Assembly: GCA_049999805.1 (NCBI GenBank)
Contig: JBNGIO010005061.1
Location: 1 to 38,907 of the forward strand
Reading direction: 5' to 3'
Length of the DNA stretch: 38,907 nt
Origin: Folioceros fuciformis
Taxonomy: Eukaryota
Below are positions 12,441-24,184 of the stretch, in pieces; the stretch's first letter is position 1, and each line of letters begins with the position of its first letter. The position numbers were made by a program, and so were the translations under genes. A model generated the notes under the pieces. That model saw only the letters and a program-made list of their open reading frames with translations, was not told the origin of the DNA and did not search any database.

Positions 12441-13486
12441 ATGTCGGGGGCGTCGCTGGCAGCAGGCCCCAGGGCGGGGAAGACGGGGGAGCTCCGGCAT
12501 CGGATTGAGGAGCAGGGAGGGAGCGTGGGAGGCGTCATGGGATCGCTGAGGATCGTGGAACTGCAGCTGGTTGCCTTCATCGTTGTCTTCTCCGCCAGTG
12601 GCTTGGTCCCCGTCCTGGACCTGGTGTTCCCCGTGTTCGTAACTCTGTACGCCCTCGTGCTTTCGAATACGGCGTTTCCCAGGTACAGTAGGGAGAGCTC
12701 GGCTGAGGTCTTCAGGGGCAACCGACTCTTCCAAATGTGAGTTCACCAGCCTGCGCTGAGCTGAGCTGCGCCCTGTCTGCAGGCTTAGTTTTCCATGTTT
12801 GGTGGAGGTGGCGGATGGTGACAAGTGCATGTTGGAGTGCAGATACGTCGTGGCGGGAACGATTATTGGCCTGTTTCTGCCTTTGGCGTATGTATTAGGC
12901 GGCTTTGCTAGGGGAGATCAGGAGGCGGTGCGGGCAGCCACTCCCCATCTCTTCCTCCTGTCATTCCAGGTGTTGAGTGAGAATTTGATTTCTGGCATGA
13001 GCATTTTCTCCTTGCCTGTGAGAGCGATCCTCCCAATCCTCTACACAGGCAGGCGCCTCTTCTCCCTCACAGCCTGGTTAAATGCCACGTTCAGGCATGA
13101 CCATACGCATCCGCCCCCTCACCACCACCCCAGATTTCCTGTGAGTATTCTTCAACTGACGGGCACTTAGTAGACTTCCTTCGCACGGATAAGGCTGTGC
13201 TTTGTTGTTTGTTGTGTACGTGGTCGATTGCAACTAATCTCCAACGCAGCATGCACACTTTCTCCTGCAGGACAACGCGTGGGTGTGGTTTGGAAGAGGA
13301 CTGGCACTGGCCAACTTCGTTTACTACTCCCTCAATCTCTTTGCATTCTTGGTTCCCATGTTCTTACCCCGTGCTTTAGAGAAGTATTTTGACGAGAAGA
13401 ATGTACACAAGAAAGCTCCTCAGAAGAGTGTCGCGCAGAACGGTCACCCTGACGCTGCTGTTGCCAACCAGAAGAAGGCTGCTTAG
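12441..13486 (+). CDS. Conserved plant multi-pass transmembrane protein of unknown function (At1g27990-like), 269 aa
   Basis: Exons 12441-12736, 12843-13140, 13271-13486 in frame. Motifs 'GVMGSLRIVELQLVAFIVVFSASGLVP', 'LPLAYVLGGFARGD', 'ATPHLFLLSFQVLSE', 'WFGRGLALAN'. Confidence 0.85.
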
Positions 13487-13794
13487 GACGTCCGATTCCC
13501 GCAAGTCTGTGGCAAGTTGTAATCTAATCAAACAATGCCCTGTGCTGTGGATCTGCTATTGTTCGTAGTTTTAGTGTTGAAGGAAGTATCGAGATCTTAA
13601 AGTTGACAAGCATGTGAGTTGTTCACAGATGCGAAAAATAGGTGACCCAGTCATGTAGGTCTCTTTGTACAATGACTCCAAACATTTTGTGTTTTGCAAA
13701 ACTCTCTCTTTGTGCCACTACAACAGCACAATATCCAATAAACATAATTCACTGGAATGTGGAGTCCATTGAATGAGAGAAAACACTTTCCAGT

Positions 13795-16347
13795 CTAGAT
13801 GTGAAAGAGGTGGTGGTCGTCGTCTAACAAAAGGTCATTAAAACGTTGAGTTGTATCATCAGAGAAAGAAGGTGCTGGACTACAGTAATGCATGCTGCTG
13901 AAATTCATCAACCCACCCCTGATCCGAGCCAATTGCTCCACCACCTCTTTCATGGTTGGCCTCTCCACCCGCTGGAAAGCCAAGCAAGTAGCGGCCAATT
14001 CTGCAACTTTTCTCACACTTTGTTTCTGATCCAATCCTTCGAATTTGTCCATGTGCATAACCGGGTCCACGATTTCTGCCAAATCCCCCCTTTTGATGTA
14101 GGTTAGGGCCATGCTTGCAAGACTGATATTCTTAGAGTCCCTGGAGAAGTCCACAGGCTTCTGCCCAGTGATGAGCTCCAAAAGGATGACCCCAAAGCCG
14201 TACACGTCGCTCTTATCCGTGACCTGGTAGTTCAGGTAGTACTCAGGATCAATGTATCCCGGGGTGCCCTTCACCACAGTCGAAACATGTGTGACATCAG
14301 CTGGTACAAGCTTCGAAAGTCCAAAATCCGCCACCTTGGCTGTGAGAAACTCGTCAAGCAGGACGTTGGTTGACTTGACATCACGATGGTAGATGGGCGG
14401 GGACGCCGCAGAGTGAAGATAAGCCAGCGCCTCGGCTGTTTCGATGGCTATTCGCAGCCTGTCGTCCCAGCTTAGAGGCTTGCACTCTTTCAAACCTTGC
14501 AGATAGTCATACAGTGTGCCATTAGCAACATACTCGTAAACCACCATGGGCACCTCCGTCTCGATACAGCAACCTATAAGCTTCACCAGGTTGCGGTGGT
14601 TCACTTGAGATAGTACCGTGACTTCGTTGAAGAACTGCTCGATGTTTTCAAGCCCAACACAGTTGGTTTTCTTGATGGCCACCACAGTGTTTTGTTCCAG
14701 GATGCCCTTGTATACCGTTCCCGAGCCCCCCGTTCCCAGCTTATTCTCATCAGAGAAGTTCTGTGTAGCTTTTTCCAACTCTTTGAGAGTGAGCAAATGA
14801 TCGCCCTCTGTTAGTTGACTCCGATGCAGCATCTCCCTGTGACTGTTTAGAGACTTCAAGTTGCTAGCAGTATACTTGGCTATACTTGCAATAGCTGCTT
14901 CAGACTTCTGTGCTGCTTTCCGTCTCCTGCGGCGGAACTGGAAGTAGCACCTCAAGAGCAGCGCTGTTAACCCACAGATGACAATAACCATCACGGAAAC
15001 TGCAAAACATTCAACGAAGGTGGTTACTACAACAAGTCGTAACGATGCACCCAAAGCCTGGTCCTCTCAGTGCAAAAGCTGAGAACAGCGGATCAAGGGG
15101 ACAGGTGCACACCCAGTATAAATACAATGGTGCCCTTCTGATTATTGCGGGCAAACACACAGCCGGTTCCATTCGCAAAGCCATCGCCAGCGTATCCACT
15201 GAGACAGGCGCAGGTATACCCTCCCACTGTGTTGATGCAGTCTGCGTCAGCAGCGCATTTGCTTGAACTCCGGGCCGTGCATTCATCCAGATCTGCAAGG
15301 TGGAGGAGGCTTGAAACATGCCAGGTCAGTTCTTCACGGACAAAACTGTGGAGCCTTGTCAATGAGGCAAAATAAGGGAAGAAGGATCTCACCAGAGCAA
15401 CCCGAACCACCCACGTAGCCATCCCCTACAAATGTAGCTGGATCACACTTGCAGACATATCCAGAAAGGCCGTCCACATCCTGACAGGTTGCATTTCCAG
15501 AGCAAGTTGAGAAGACGTCAGTAATATTGGAGCAGGAAGTGCTGCCCACAGTGTAGGACAGCTCCAACCCATATTGGCCTTCACCGATGATACTTTGGTT
15601 GCCTGTACTGTAACTGGGCGGATAGACCATGCTTGCGAAGCCGCACCCTCCTCCGCGATACTGGATACCACCACCATATATCACCACCTTCCTCGCACCT
15701 ACAGGTAAGGGAGATATGCAACACTGGTAAATGTTGCAGAAGCGGTTGGTGGGCGGGATGTTGATGCAGTCGGTTTGACAGCTTGTCCCATTGGAAACGT
15801 CAGTGCTGACGTTGCCTGCCGAGTTACAGCCATTCACAAAGAAGAGGTTGTTGCCAGAGAGAGCGTAGGGAGATTGCGGGTCCAGGAATAAGGCTGCATA
15901 GCCAGCTGCTAAGCGAGGGCCGTCACAGGATTCAGCTTTCAGACTCGTAACATTGATAATGACAGACGAGAAGGTGATGTCTGTGACCTGAAAAGCGCCG
16001 CTAGGAGTCTCCAGAAACGGGAAGAGAGGGCCAGCTTCTCCGCTGCCATTGAACTTCAGATTTGGTGAGCCGGATACGGTGGCTGAGCAACTAAGGCCGA
16101 ACTGAGGGAGACCACATCCAGGAGAAGTGGAAAAGGGGTAGGGAATGCTGACGTTGCCACAAGTGGTGGGGCAAGAAGCAGCGGCTTCAGCACGGGAGGA
16201 GAGGAGGACTAAAGAGATGACCGACACTAGCAGGAGCTCCTGACTCCAGGCGATGTACAACTTTGGAGATAATGGGGGGTCTAGCAAACATTCATCCCTC
16301 CGGAATGTATGTCTTGAGCTCTCTCTGCCATTCACTATGTTTACCAT
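13795..16347 (-). CDS. WAK: Wall-associated receptor kinase (GUB_WAK-type ectodomain, EGF, Ca-binding EGF, TM, RD Ser/Thr kinase)
   Basis: 'CPTTCGNVSIPYPF' ectodomain start; EGF 'GYVCKC...GDGY'; cbEGF 'DLDEC...CINTVGGYTCAC'; TM followed by RRRRRK; kinase motifs GTGGSG, VAIKK, HRDVKSTN, DFG, GTPGYIDPEY. Introns 15392-15293 and 15112-15000. Confidence 0.92.
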
Positions 16348-18009
16348 GATCCCCTTCCAAATGGCGATCCTGGCCTTCCACCTCAATCAAGATCACGCAA
16401 TAGCACGCGCAGAATGATCTCCGGTCCGCATAGCATGATTCTTCTTGACAGAGATGCCAACACCTCAATCCGCAACACACCAGCAACACATCAATTCTCC
16501 TTCCGCCGTTTCTTCATGAATCCGAAAAACGACACAAATTCACGAGCCACACCGTCGGCAGTCTTCCAATTGTCGACGAGGAACAAAAAGCTCCCATGCC
16601 CAGGAGCGCCTAGATAAGATAGGAAACAGAAAGCTTGTGGGAAACACATAGGACGTAGCACACGATGGGAAAGAGCGGAGGCAGTAAATGGCAGAAAGTC
16701 ACAATCGAAAGGCAGGCTGGCAAGGCCTCCGCATCAACGGCGTTTTTGTCCAGGGCGGATGCAGCCGAGCGCCAAGAGAGAGAATCGAGGTAGTGAAGCC
16801 AGAGATGGCGAATTCAACGAACTCCTAACATGAGAAACAGACAAGAGGGACACGGACAGGCCGGCCGCAGCTCCAAGAGAAGAGAAAACCAGTCGGTCCG
16901 GCACGAAAAGCCCAATTCAAGCACACCACCGTCAGACCCCCCAAAAATCCCACCTCCTCCCAGTCAGGAACACTCCAAGCAATCCAGCAAGAGGGAAGGG
17001 AGGGCAGATCTACCACCTGGTGGAGAGGGAATGAGGGAGGTGCATTCCAATGAGTATGTGCGCCGAATATAAAACACCAGACGCGATTTGTTTATCACGA
17101 CAGCAGAGGCAGGCTGCTCCGGTCCCGCCTTCCCGGCGTGCGCTTCCCCGAATTCCATCCGTAAGTCAGTGCAATCGGCTGCATGTCCAGACGCACTTCA
17201 CCATATCAATACGGGCGATCACCCACAGGTTAATGGACCACAAGCATGCATGGCCGCCACCGCTGGGTCCCCCAAGTCGTTTTGCAGTCAAAAATTCGCT
17301 GTCCTTTCTTCACAATCACCAGAGGTCGCAACCACCGCCAGTACCAGTACCAGTAGCACCTTCACTCTTGCTCAGAAAACCATTGTCTCAATGCCATGCC
17401 TGAACATGGGCATGACAGCGCAGATTTTCCGGTCCAGATAGTCACAGAGTCTCGCGCACCCTTAGCCAGATACCACCGGACATAGAACCAAGAGCCGATG
17501 ACGTCACGACCAAATTTTGTGCCAAGTCACCAACCACCTGATCCATGTACAGTGCTGGAATTGGGTCAATGGACGTTCCCACGCCGACATGACGCCCCTC
17601 TTAGCCACGCGCGGTACACGAAGGAACGAGCTGCCTTAGGGCCCGGCTCAACTCGACTCAACTCGACTCATCAAGGGCGTTTCACATTCTGTCAGTAACA
17701 CACGCTGCAGAAGCGGAAGCACCTCCTTACGGCACTAACGTAACGTCCTCCAGTCGGGACCTGCCCTCCTATCGCCCGGGCCAGGCCTTCACTAGCCTTC
17801 CTTTGCAACCAACGACGCCAAGCAGTTCTGCAGCTGCTTTTTCCGGCTCCTCCGGCGCGGCAAAAGACGAAACCAGTGCCATTGAATGCCCTGGCACAGC
17901 ACCAACAAATGCCCTATCCGTCACGAAACCCGAAGCGCCAGGTCATGGTCATGTCTTTGTTTGCATCATGCTAAGCTTAATGTCACCGTGGTGTCCATGA
18001 TCTGAGCTC

Positions 18010-18180
18010 TAATAACAGAGTACCTGGCCGTAATGCATGCCGTTCCGGATCACTGTNNNNNNNNNNATGCCGTTCCGGATCACTGTAATAACAGAGTACC
18101 TGGCCGTAATGCACGCCGTTCCGGATCACTGTAATAACAGAGTACCTGGCCGTAATGCATGCCGTTCCGGATCACTGTAA
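18010..18180. repeat. 46-bp tandem repeat inside the left TIR (spans an N gap)
   Basis: Unit TAATAACAGAGTACCTGGCCGTAATGCATGCCGTTCCGGATCACTG, 3-4 copies; single copy in the right TIR; 10 Ns at 18057-18066. Confidence 0.8.
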
Positions 18181-18358
18181 ACTCACCGCAGCGTAACCGT
18201 AACTGTTTGTATTCCAGCGGTATACAGCACAAATACCTTGCGCGAGTTACTTGACAACGCCTTACACCTCACAACGCGTATCCAGTTACATTGCGTGGTT
18301 GCTTGTGTTTTGAGAGGACAGCATAGCAGGCTTTGTAGTTCACCCTCCATAGTGCACG

Positions 18359-19104
18359 ATGAGGATTGATCTCCAAGCGGTGATCTTTCAATTGGAAGAA
18401 GATGAACCTATGCAACTCGGTTATGTGCCATTGCGCATTGTTGAGGATTATGATGCAGGCTCATCGAGGGTGTGTTACTTGTTTCATAGCAATCTCCCCA
18501 AAGGGTTGGTGCAAAAAGTGTAAGGAAGTTGTAAGTGGCAAGCTGCATTATCATTTACGACTCCTGCTTGCATATTCAAGTTCCAAGACATGGCAACCGC
18601 TTTCGCAGCCGCAAGGGATTTTATGAGGTTGACTCCGGAGGAGTTCAATATGAAAGAGGTGAGAGAAAAAGCCTCAACTTTGCTTAGAAGGTTGCAAGGA
18701 AGCATTTCTTTTGCCTCTTCTCTACTACTCACCACCCTGTAAGGCTTATTATTTTACAAGCTGATGCAATGTATGTGAAGGACTTGTTTTCAACCCTTTC
18801 AGAGCTAGGGAGCACACTACCTAGACCACACCTAGGAAAACCATGTTATGCTAACAGCCCAAGAATACCAAGCATTGAAGGTTTGTCCTTAGGTGTCCTG
18901 GACACGGCCATACCCACATCTTCTCATGCAAACATGAATTTACAACTAGCAAACAAGCCTTTGTCATTTTGTGTTGCTCTTGTCATTTGCTCCTACTTAT
19001 CCATAGTAGGGGCTATATTGATAATGTCCCTCCCAACTACCACCCTTGCCACTATTTCTCTCATACTTTGCCTTGTAGGCATTGCACTGTGCTGGCTTTT
19101 GTAA
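18359..19104 (+). pseudogene. Putative second (accessory) MULE gene, convergent with the transposase, ending in two hydrophobic helices
   Basis: Frame from ATG 18359 (MRIDLQAVIFQLEEDEPMQLGYVP...) has one in-frame TAA at 18521. It can join ORF 18769-19104 in phase through a degenerate intron 18699-18760 (donor reads GAAGC, possibly a damaged GTAAGC). Confidence 0.45.
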
Positions 19105-19127
19105 GACTTTCCCACATTTTGTATTTG

Positions 19128-19545
19128 AAAAATGAAAGATGTGGCTTAAAGTGGAAGCATCTTTTGTCCATCCATGTAATCACAAATAATGAAAGATGTG
19201 GCTTAAAGTGGAAGCATCTTTTGTCCATCCATGTAATCACAAAAAACGAAAGATGTGGCTTAAAGNNNNNNNNNNATGCCAAATCTATGGCTTAAAGTGG
19301 AAGCATCTTTTTGTCCATCCATGTAATCACAAAATGGTATATGTACACACATTCATGATCCCAGCAAGCAATAATGAAAACTATTTAGTAGCAGCTACAT
19401 GCTCCATGCTTGAAGTGTGTCTATTCTAGCAGCTANNNNNNNNNNTAGCAGCTACATGCTCCATGCTTGAAGTGTGTCTATTCTAGCAGCTACATGCTCC
19501 ATGAGTGATCGCTATTCTAGCAGCTACATGCTCCATGAGTGATCG
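19128..19545. repeat. Tandem repeats between the two convergent MULE genes (57-bp unit, then TAGCAGCTACATGCTCCATG-containing units)
   Basis: AATGAAAGATGTGGCTTAAAGTGGAAGCATCTTTTGTCCATCCATGTAATCACAAA recurs at 19131 and 19188 with partial copies after. The second motif recurs 19388-19540. N gaps at 19266-19275 and 19436-19445 make copy number unreliable. Confidence 0.8.
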
Positions 19546-20622
19546 CTTCTTCTGCTTAGAAAGCTTCCAACTTTTTGTTTCCCAAAATGCAAGCTTTCTC
19601 TTTAAACTGTTATTAGAATTGGTAGGATCAACCAAGGTAGGAAGTGTAGGCAACAAGGTCTTTGCTTCTACCTCTGCTCTCAATCCCTCTAGCTGCCTAA
19701 TCAATTGTTGGAATAAAGCTGTTGCATGTTGTTGCAAAAAAGGCCACTTTTGCAACAGGGTTGTTAACTGTTGGCATAAAGTTTCCATATTTGGAGTTGC
19801 ATCTACTACTTGGCCTACTGTTTGTGTGCATGAATGGTCTATTGTGTGCAAGAAGGTAGTTGCACATTGCCTTGCAACTACAACCCCTTTGTTATGATAG
19901 AGAAACTTCTTCTAGAAGTCTGTGCTTGCATCTTCAGTAATTGACATGCTAAGTTGTCGGTAGTGTGTTTGAGCTTGGTCAATCTTGGAGTACCTAGCAA
20001 GTAACTTGTGAGTGGGGACTCCACTGTCCATTACCATCATGACCTTCAATTGGTGCTTGCACATGAAGCTTGTTGTCACATCCTTGCATGTGCAATAACC
20101 CCATGGTGTTCCCTCACCACTCACTATATATATGCACATGCTTCCATGATCCTAACTTCGCACATAAACAAGGCTAGGAGATGCCATGTTTAGCAATAAT
20201 ACATCACAATCTGCAATGCACAAAGCCTTTTGAAAGGCGCTCTTTATTATTTGCTCCTGCTTTGAATTGCTAAGCATGCCAGCTCCATTACATTGTGCCA
20301 CATACCAAAAATGTCTGTTCACTTCCTCAAGCAAAATGTGCAGAAGCCCGTATAAACGCTGACTACGTAGGGGTTCTTTGGATAGCAAGCATTTGTACTT
20401 CAGATACGTGTAGTATGCCTCAATAGATGAGTTGCAATCTTGTCCTGCATGTGACACTATATGCATAGCTTTAATCCATTGATGCATGTTACAACCCACT
20501 GGTCCCTAAAGTACTTGACAAAGTTAGGAGCATGCTCACAACAGGTGTCATATAAGTGTACCTATTTTTCTCTACAGGCTTGCTTCACATCGACACTCTC
20601 ATCAAAGTCCATATGCATAATG

Positions 20623-20810
20623 TGTTAATTTGGTAGTCGCAGAAGGAGAGAGCCCGAGGAGCACAGAGCCCGTAAGTGTGCAACCCTAAACCCAAACTAC
20701 CAAATGTGATTAATAATAATGAATCATCATCAAAATTGTCTTTAAGTATCATTTTATGCATAACCCTAGTATTTACTTAAGTTTACTCGTATAGGGTTAC
20801 CCCTTCGACA
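20623..20810. mobile_element. 188-bp solo LTR nested in the transposase
   Basis: Begins TGTTAA and ends TCGACA; 5-bp TSD TAATG at 20618-20622 and 20811-20815. Removing it plus one TSD restores the minus-strand reading 'KCLGDIMHMDFD'. Confidence 0.8.
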
Positions 20811-21759
20811 TAATGTCTCCCAAGCACTTCATAATGGCCTATCTTATGTGGGATTTCTTTACCTTTTTCAGCAGCTCCTATAACCAGGCCACAAGCATAA
20901 AAAGATTTGCATAGATGTTCCAAACACAGCTTGGATGACATTGATTTCTGCCATACAATCATCTACAAGAAAAACAGTGGGTTGCCATGTAGATTGATGT
21001 TGTACCATCTTCTCATGCAAGCAATGCAACCACTATGAAATAGATATGATGTGGTCTTACTTGTGACAACCTAAGCCACAGGAATACCATTGAAGTGGTC
21101 ATCAAATAGCAAAACTGTGAAGAGCTGGAACTTCCATTTGTTGGGGCCAAATGTGGCATTCATAGCAATGATCAAGTTGTGACCCCAACGGAGCATTTTC
21201 TGCATTTGAAAATCACTCTGGATGTCTAGCATGAAGTCTATGGCATGGTCTTATGTTCTTGGTAGTGGATAAAATACTTCACATCTATGGATACCATCCA
21301 TAACTTAACATTCCCTTCATCTCGTGCATGGACACGCCACACCTTGGCATCAAGTTCAGCTTGTAAATTCCTCATGTCACTAGGAAGAAGAAAATCATCC
21401 TTCTGAAGCATTGCTTGTGGATCACCTTGCTTTCGGAAAAAAAACATCAGACTTATGATCTTTCATGATCTGAAAGGCTGATGTCTTGCACAACAACTTG
21501 TACTTCACCCATTCCTTTTGGGCCACGGATAAGTAAGGAGCCAGAGTGCAATTTGGACTTGAGTTGATGGTAAGCGCTCCATGACAATATTGTCCTCTGG
21601 AATCAATGTGCTGTGTTTCATGTAATCGTAATTCAGCTACATTAGTGAACATTTCAAGTTGGCTATCAAATGCCGAAAATTGGCATCCATGCTTCTTACT
21701 CTCCCCACACATCACCTTAGAGCGCCTATACTCCCAGCACCTGTCTTTGGTTTACTAGT

Positions 21760-21944
21760 GAGATCAACACAAATGTTTGATTCCATGAAACTATATTTTC
21801 GGGAGCTTAAAGCAGAACTGAATTTCACGTAATGGCAAGAGTGGTTGGAGAGATCAACACAAATGTTTGATTCCATGAAACTATATTCTCGGGAGCTTAA
21901 AGCACAACTGAATTTCATGTAATGGCAAGGAGTGGTTGGAGAGA
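21760..21944. repeat. 90-bp in-frame tandem duplication within the transposase
   Basis: AGATCAACACAAATGTTTGATTCCATGAAAC at 21761 and 21851; the peptide 'FSSALSSRKYSFMESNICVDL' is duplicated with few changes. Confidence 0.85.
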
Positions 21945-23146
21945 TTGCATTTTGCCTGATGCTTGACCGTGTCCACACATTCCCCCTTACTAATTTCGTT
22001 GGAAAGAATTTTGATGCCTCCTCCCCAGCGATGAAATCTGCATATCTTCCCCATGGAATGTAACAAGTTTTGGCGGGACTTTCTTCTTGACTGTGTGCAC
22101 AATATCTTGCCATTCCACGGTTTCCTTTGAGAAAGGTCCTGGGCAAGGAGTCTGAACTATGAAAGGGCACGTTTGTGGCTGAATGAGAACATTTGCACTT
22201 TTACACCCAACTTCCATCATGATCTTTGGAATCTAGAGACAACCCCATTGTTCAATTTCACTCAATCGAAGCACTCAATGATGCACGCCGCTTGGGTGTG
22301 CACGTTGCTTCAGATGGAGTTCGGAATAGCAACATGCGCGAGATGGCTTGCATTTGTGGCTTAGAACATTTGAAAGGTAGTTGCGGTGTCTCCTCTTCAA
22401 ATTTCCGCGACGTAGATATATACAGCTAGAATACAAACAGTTACGATTACGCTGCAATGAGATTACAATGATCCGGAACGGCATGCATTACGGCCAGGCA
22501 CTCTGTTATTAGAGCTCAGATTATGGACACCGTGAGTTTGCGCTTAGCATGATGCAAACAAAGACAAGACCATGACGACCTGGCGCTTCAGGTTTCGTGC
22601 CTTCAATTACTTTGTAGTGACGAATAGCGCCTGGCCCAACAAATGCCCTGAAATAGATTTGAGATACCAGTTCACTCCATATCCTGATGCCAAAGTCTCC
22701 CGCGTGGTGATCTCGCTGCCATTTGGTAAGTGAAGCACACACAAGGCACGCTGCGCAAACGCTATCTCTCTTCCCCCTCTCCATAGCCACCACTTACAGT
22801 CCAAATCACAGAAAACGCGGTCCTAAGTACAGCTGCAAATTCTTTCCAAACCTATTTACACACACCAGAGGTCCGATCTGGACTGCACACAGCTATCTGC
22901 AAAAGTGGAGCGCACACCACCGCCACTCCGCACACGGGATTCAACCATGTTACCACCCCAAAGGACATGCATACACAGCAAGACAAACGTGAACACCTGG
23001 GAGACCGAGGCCCGTTATTCCATCGCAGCAAAACGATAAGAAGATTCCGGAATAGTTTCCGGGAATCATACCAGCTCCAGGAGCAATCATCTAACAAGCT
23101 CCAGACACAGCTTAAGACACAACTAGGGAAGCAGAACAGAAAGGCC

Positions 23147-23692
23147 ATGGACAAGGCAGGGTTGCGTGGGGTCGGGCTGCCGGTGCTGCTGCACCTGCTA
23201 GTGTTGCAGCTGCTCATAATGCAGAGGGCCGAGGCGCAGCTCGACCGGGCGGACTACACCCGCCTGTGCCAACTGTGCAGTGCGACGAGGTTCAGATCTG
23301 GCAGCGTGTACGAGAAGGCAGCGCGGGAGGTGGTGGCCAAGGTGGTGGCCGCGGCCACCATCCAAGTGCCGGAATTTCACTACAGCAAAACGCTGGAGGA
23401 TCAAAACGGGGCAACTGCCACCGTCTTCTCCCAGGGTAGCTGTGCGGGTTACCTCGACTCACCGCGTTGCACGCGATGCTTGCGTATCCTCTCCGACACT
23501 ATCTTCACCTCCTGCCGCGGCGCATTCGGGGCCCGCATCCGCCTCCGCAGCTGTTACCTTCGCTACGAGTCCTACCCGTTCGAGGACGTTCCCTACAAAC
23601 AGGGCGCTCCTGAGAACTGCACCTTAACCAATCCCCCTCAAGATAAAATTCATCCCAGCACGCCTCGCGCCTGCATAGGTTCCCTCTGCTAG
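23147..23692 (+). CDS. Secreted single-DUF26 (Gnk2-homologous) cysteine-rich protein 1
   Basis: Signal peptide from MDKAG...AEA; C-X8-C-X2-C 'CAGYLDSPRCTRC'; 'SCYLRYESYPF'; intronless and GC-rich. Confidence 0.88.
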   Translation: MDKAGLRGVGLPVLLHLLVLQLLIMQRAEAQLDRADYTRLCQLCSATRFRSGSVYEKAAREVVAKVVAAATIQVPEFHYSKTLEDQNGATATVFSQGSCAGYLDSPRCTRCLRILSDTIFTSCRGAFGARIRLRSCYLRYESYPFEDVPYKQGAPENCTLTNPPQDKIHPSTPRACIGSLC

Positions 23693-23693
23693 G

Positions 23694-23819
23694 GGGTCCT
23701 GCAATCCCATCTGCCTCCGCTTGGGTCCTGCAAGCCCATCTGCCTCCGCCTGGGTCCTGCAATCCCATCTGCCTCCGCCTGGGTCCTGCAATCCCATCTG
23801 CCTCCGCCTGTGTCCTGCA
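23694..23819. repeat. 29-bp minisatellite, ~4.3 copies
   Basis: Unit GGGTCCTGCAATCCCATCTGCCTCCGCCT directly after the stop codon, with no spacers. Confidence 0.9.
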
Positions 23820-24184
23820 GACCACCAAGGCCAGGCCTGACCCCCGAGTAATCTTCTCGCACTCTAAACGAAATGTTTCTTAAATTTTACTTAATATTTG
23901 TTGTATTATTTCTCTAAGAATTTAAACCTCTACCTATTTAAACTGTCTGTAAAATATTTCTCTTTTTATCTCTCGAGTTTTTAGAGAATTCCGTCCGTAC
24001 GCAAGCCCCGCTTTGTTACCCACTTAAAAGGCCACTTTGTCCTTGCCTTGTTATTTTGTGCCTAATAAGGAGGGGCTTGTTACTTGTCTACAACGTTGTT
24101 TCGTTTCTAGTTTTTAGTATTTATTTATTTATTTTAATAAGTAATCTATAGTACAATTGGAAAGAAATCTGAGAGATAACCAAC

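Larger units (their letters stand above)
19483..22170 (-). pseudogene. MULE transposase pseudogene (SWIM zinc-finger type), multiple stops and frameshifts
   Basis: 'CYIPWGRYADFIAGEE..FPTK', 'KKHGCQF...HIDSRGQYCHG', 'APYLS', DDE-domain region 'LRWGHNLIIAMNATFGPNKWKFQLFTVLLFDDHFNGIPVA' (first catalytic Asp position reads Asn), SWIM 'CTCKDVTTSFMCKH'. Confidence 0.88.
17911..22635. mobile_element. Decayed Mutator-like (MULE) DNA transposon, ~4.7 kb, with ~200-bp terminal inverted repeats
   Basis: 17911-~18225 is the imperfect reverse complement of ~22420-22630 (e.g. CACGAAACC.GAAGCGCCAGGTC and CTGAGCTCTAATAACAGAGT.CCTGGCCGTAATGCATGCCGTTCCGGATCA). Direct repeat CCAACAAATGCCCT at 17902-17915 and 22636-22649. 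Internal MULE/SWIM transposase remnants. Confidence 0.88.

Noticed and set aside
16830-17441. Short ORFs upstream of the WAK gene
   Set aside because: No recognisable domain or convincing splice model; probably promoter or UTR. Left unresolved.
18010-19545. Tandem repeats as a CRISPR-like array or true expansions
   Set aside because: No unique spacers and a eukaryotic context; each array spans a 10-N gap, so part of the duplication may be contig-overlap artefact.
19483-22170. Domesticated SWIM/MULE host gene
   Set aside because: Many stops and frameshifts, a nested LTR and flanking TIRs indicate a dead transposon.
22967-23146. 60-aa N-terminal extension of the DUF26 gene 1 ORF
   Set aside because: The signal peptide follows the ATG at 23147; the upstream part is likely 5' UTR.
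24002-24079. 8-bp inverted repeat CAAGCCCC/GGGGCTTG
   Set aside because: Too short, with no TSD or recognisable RNA motif.
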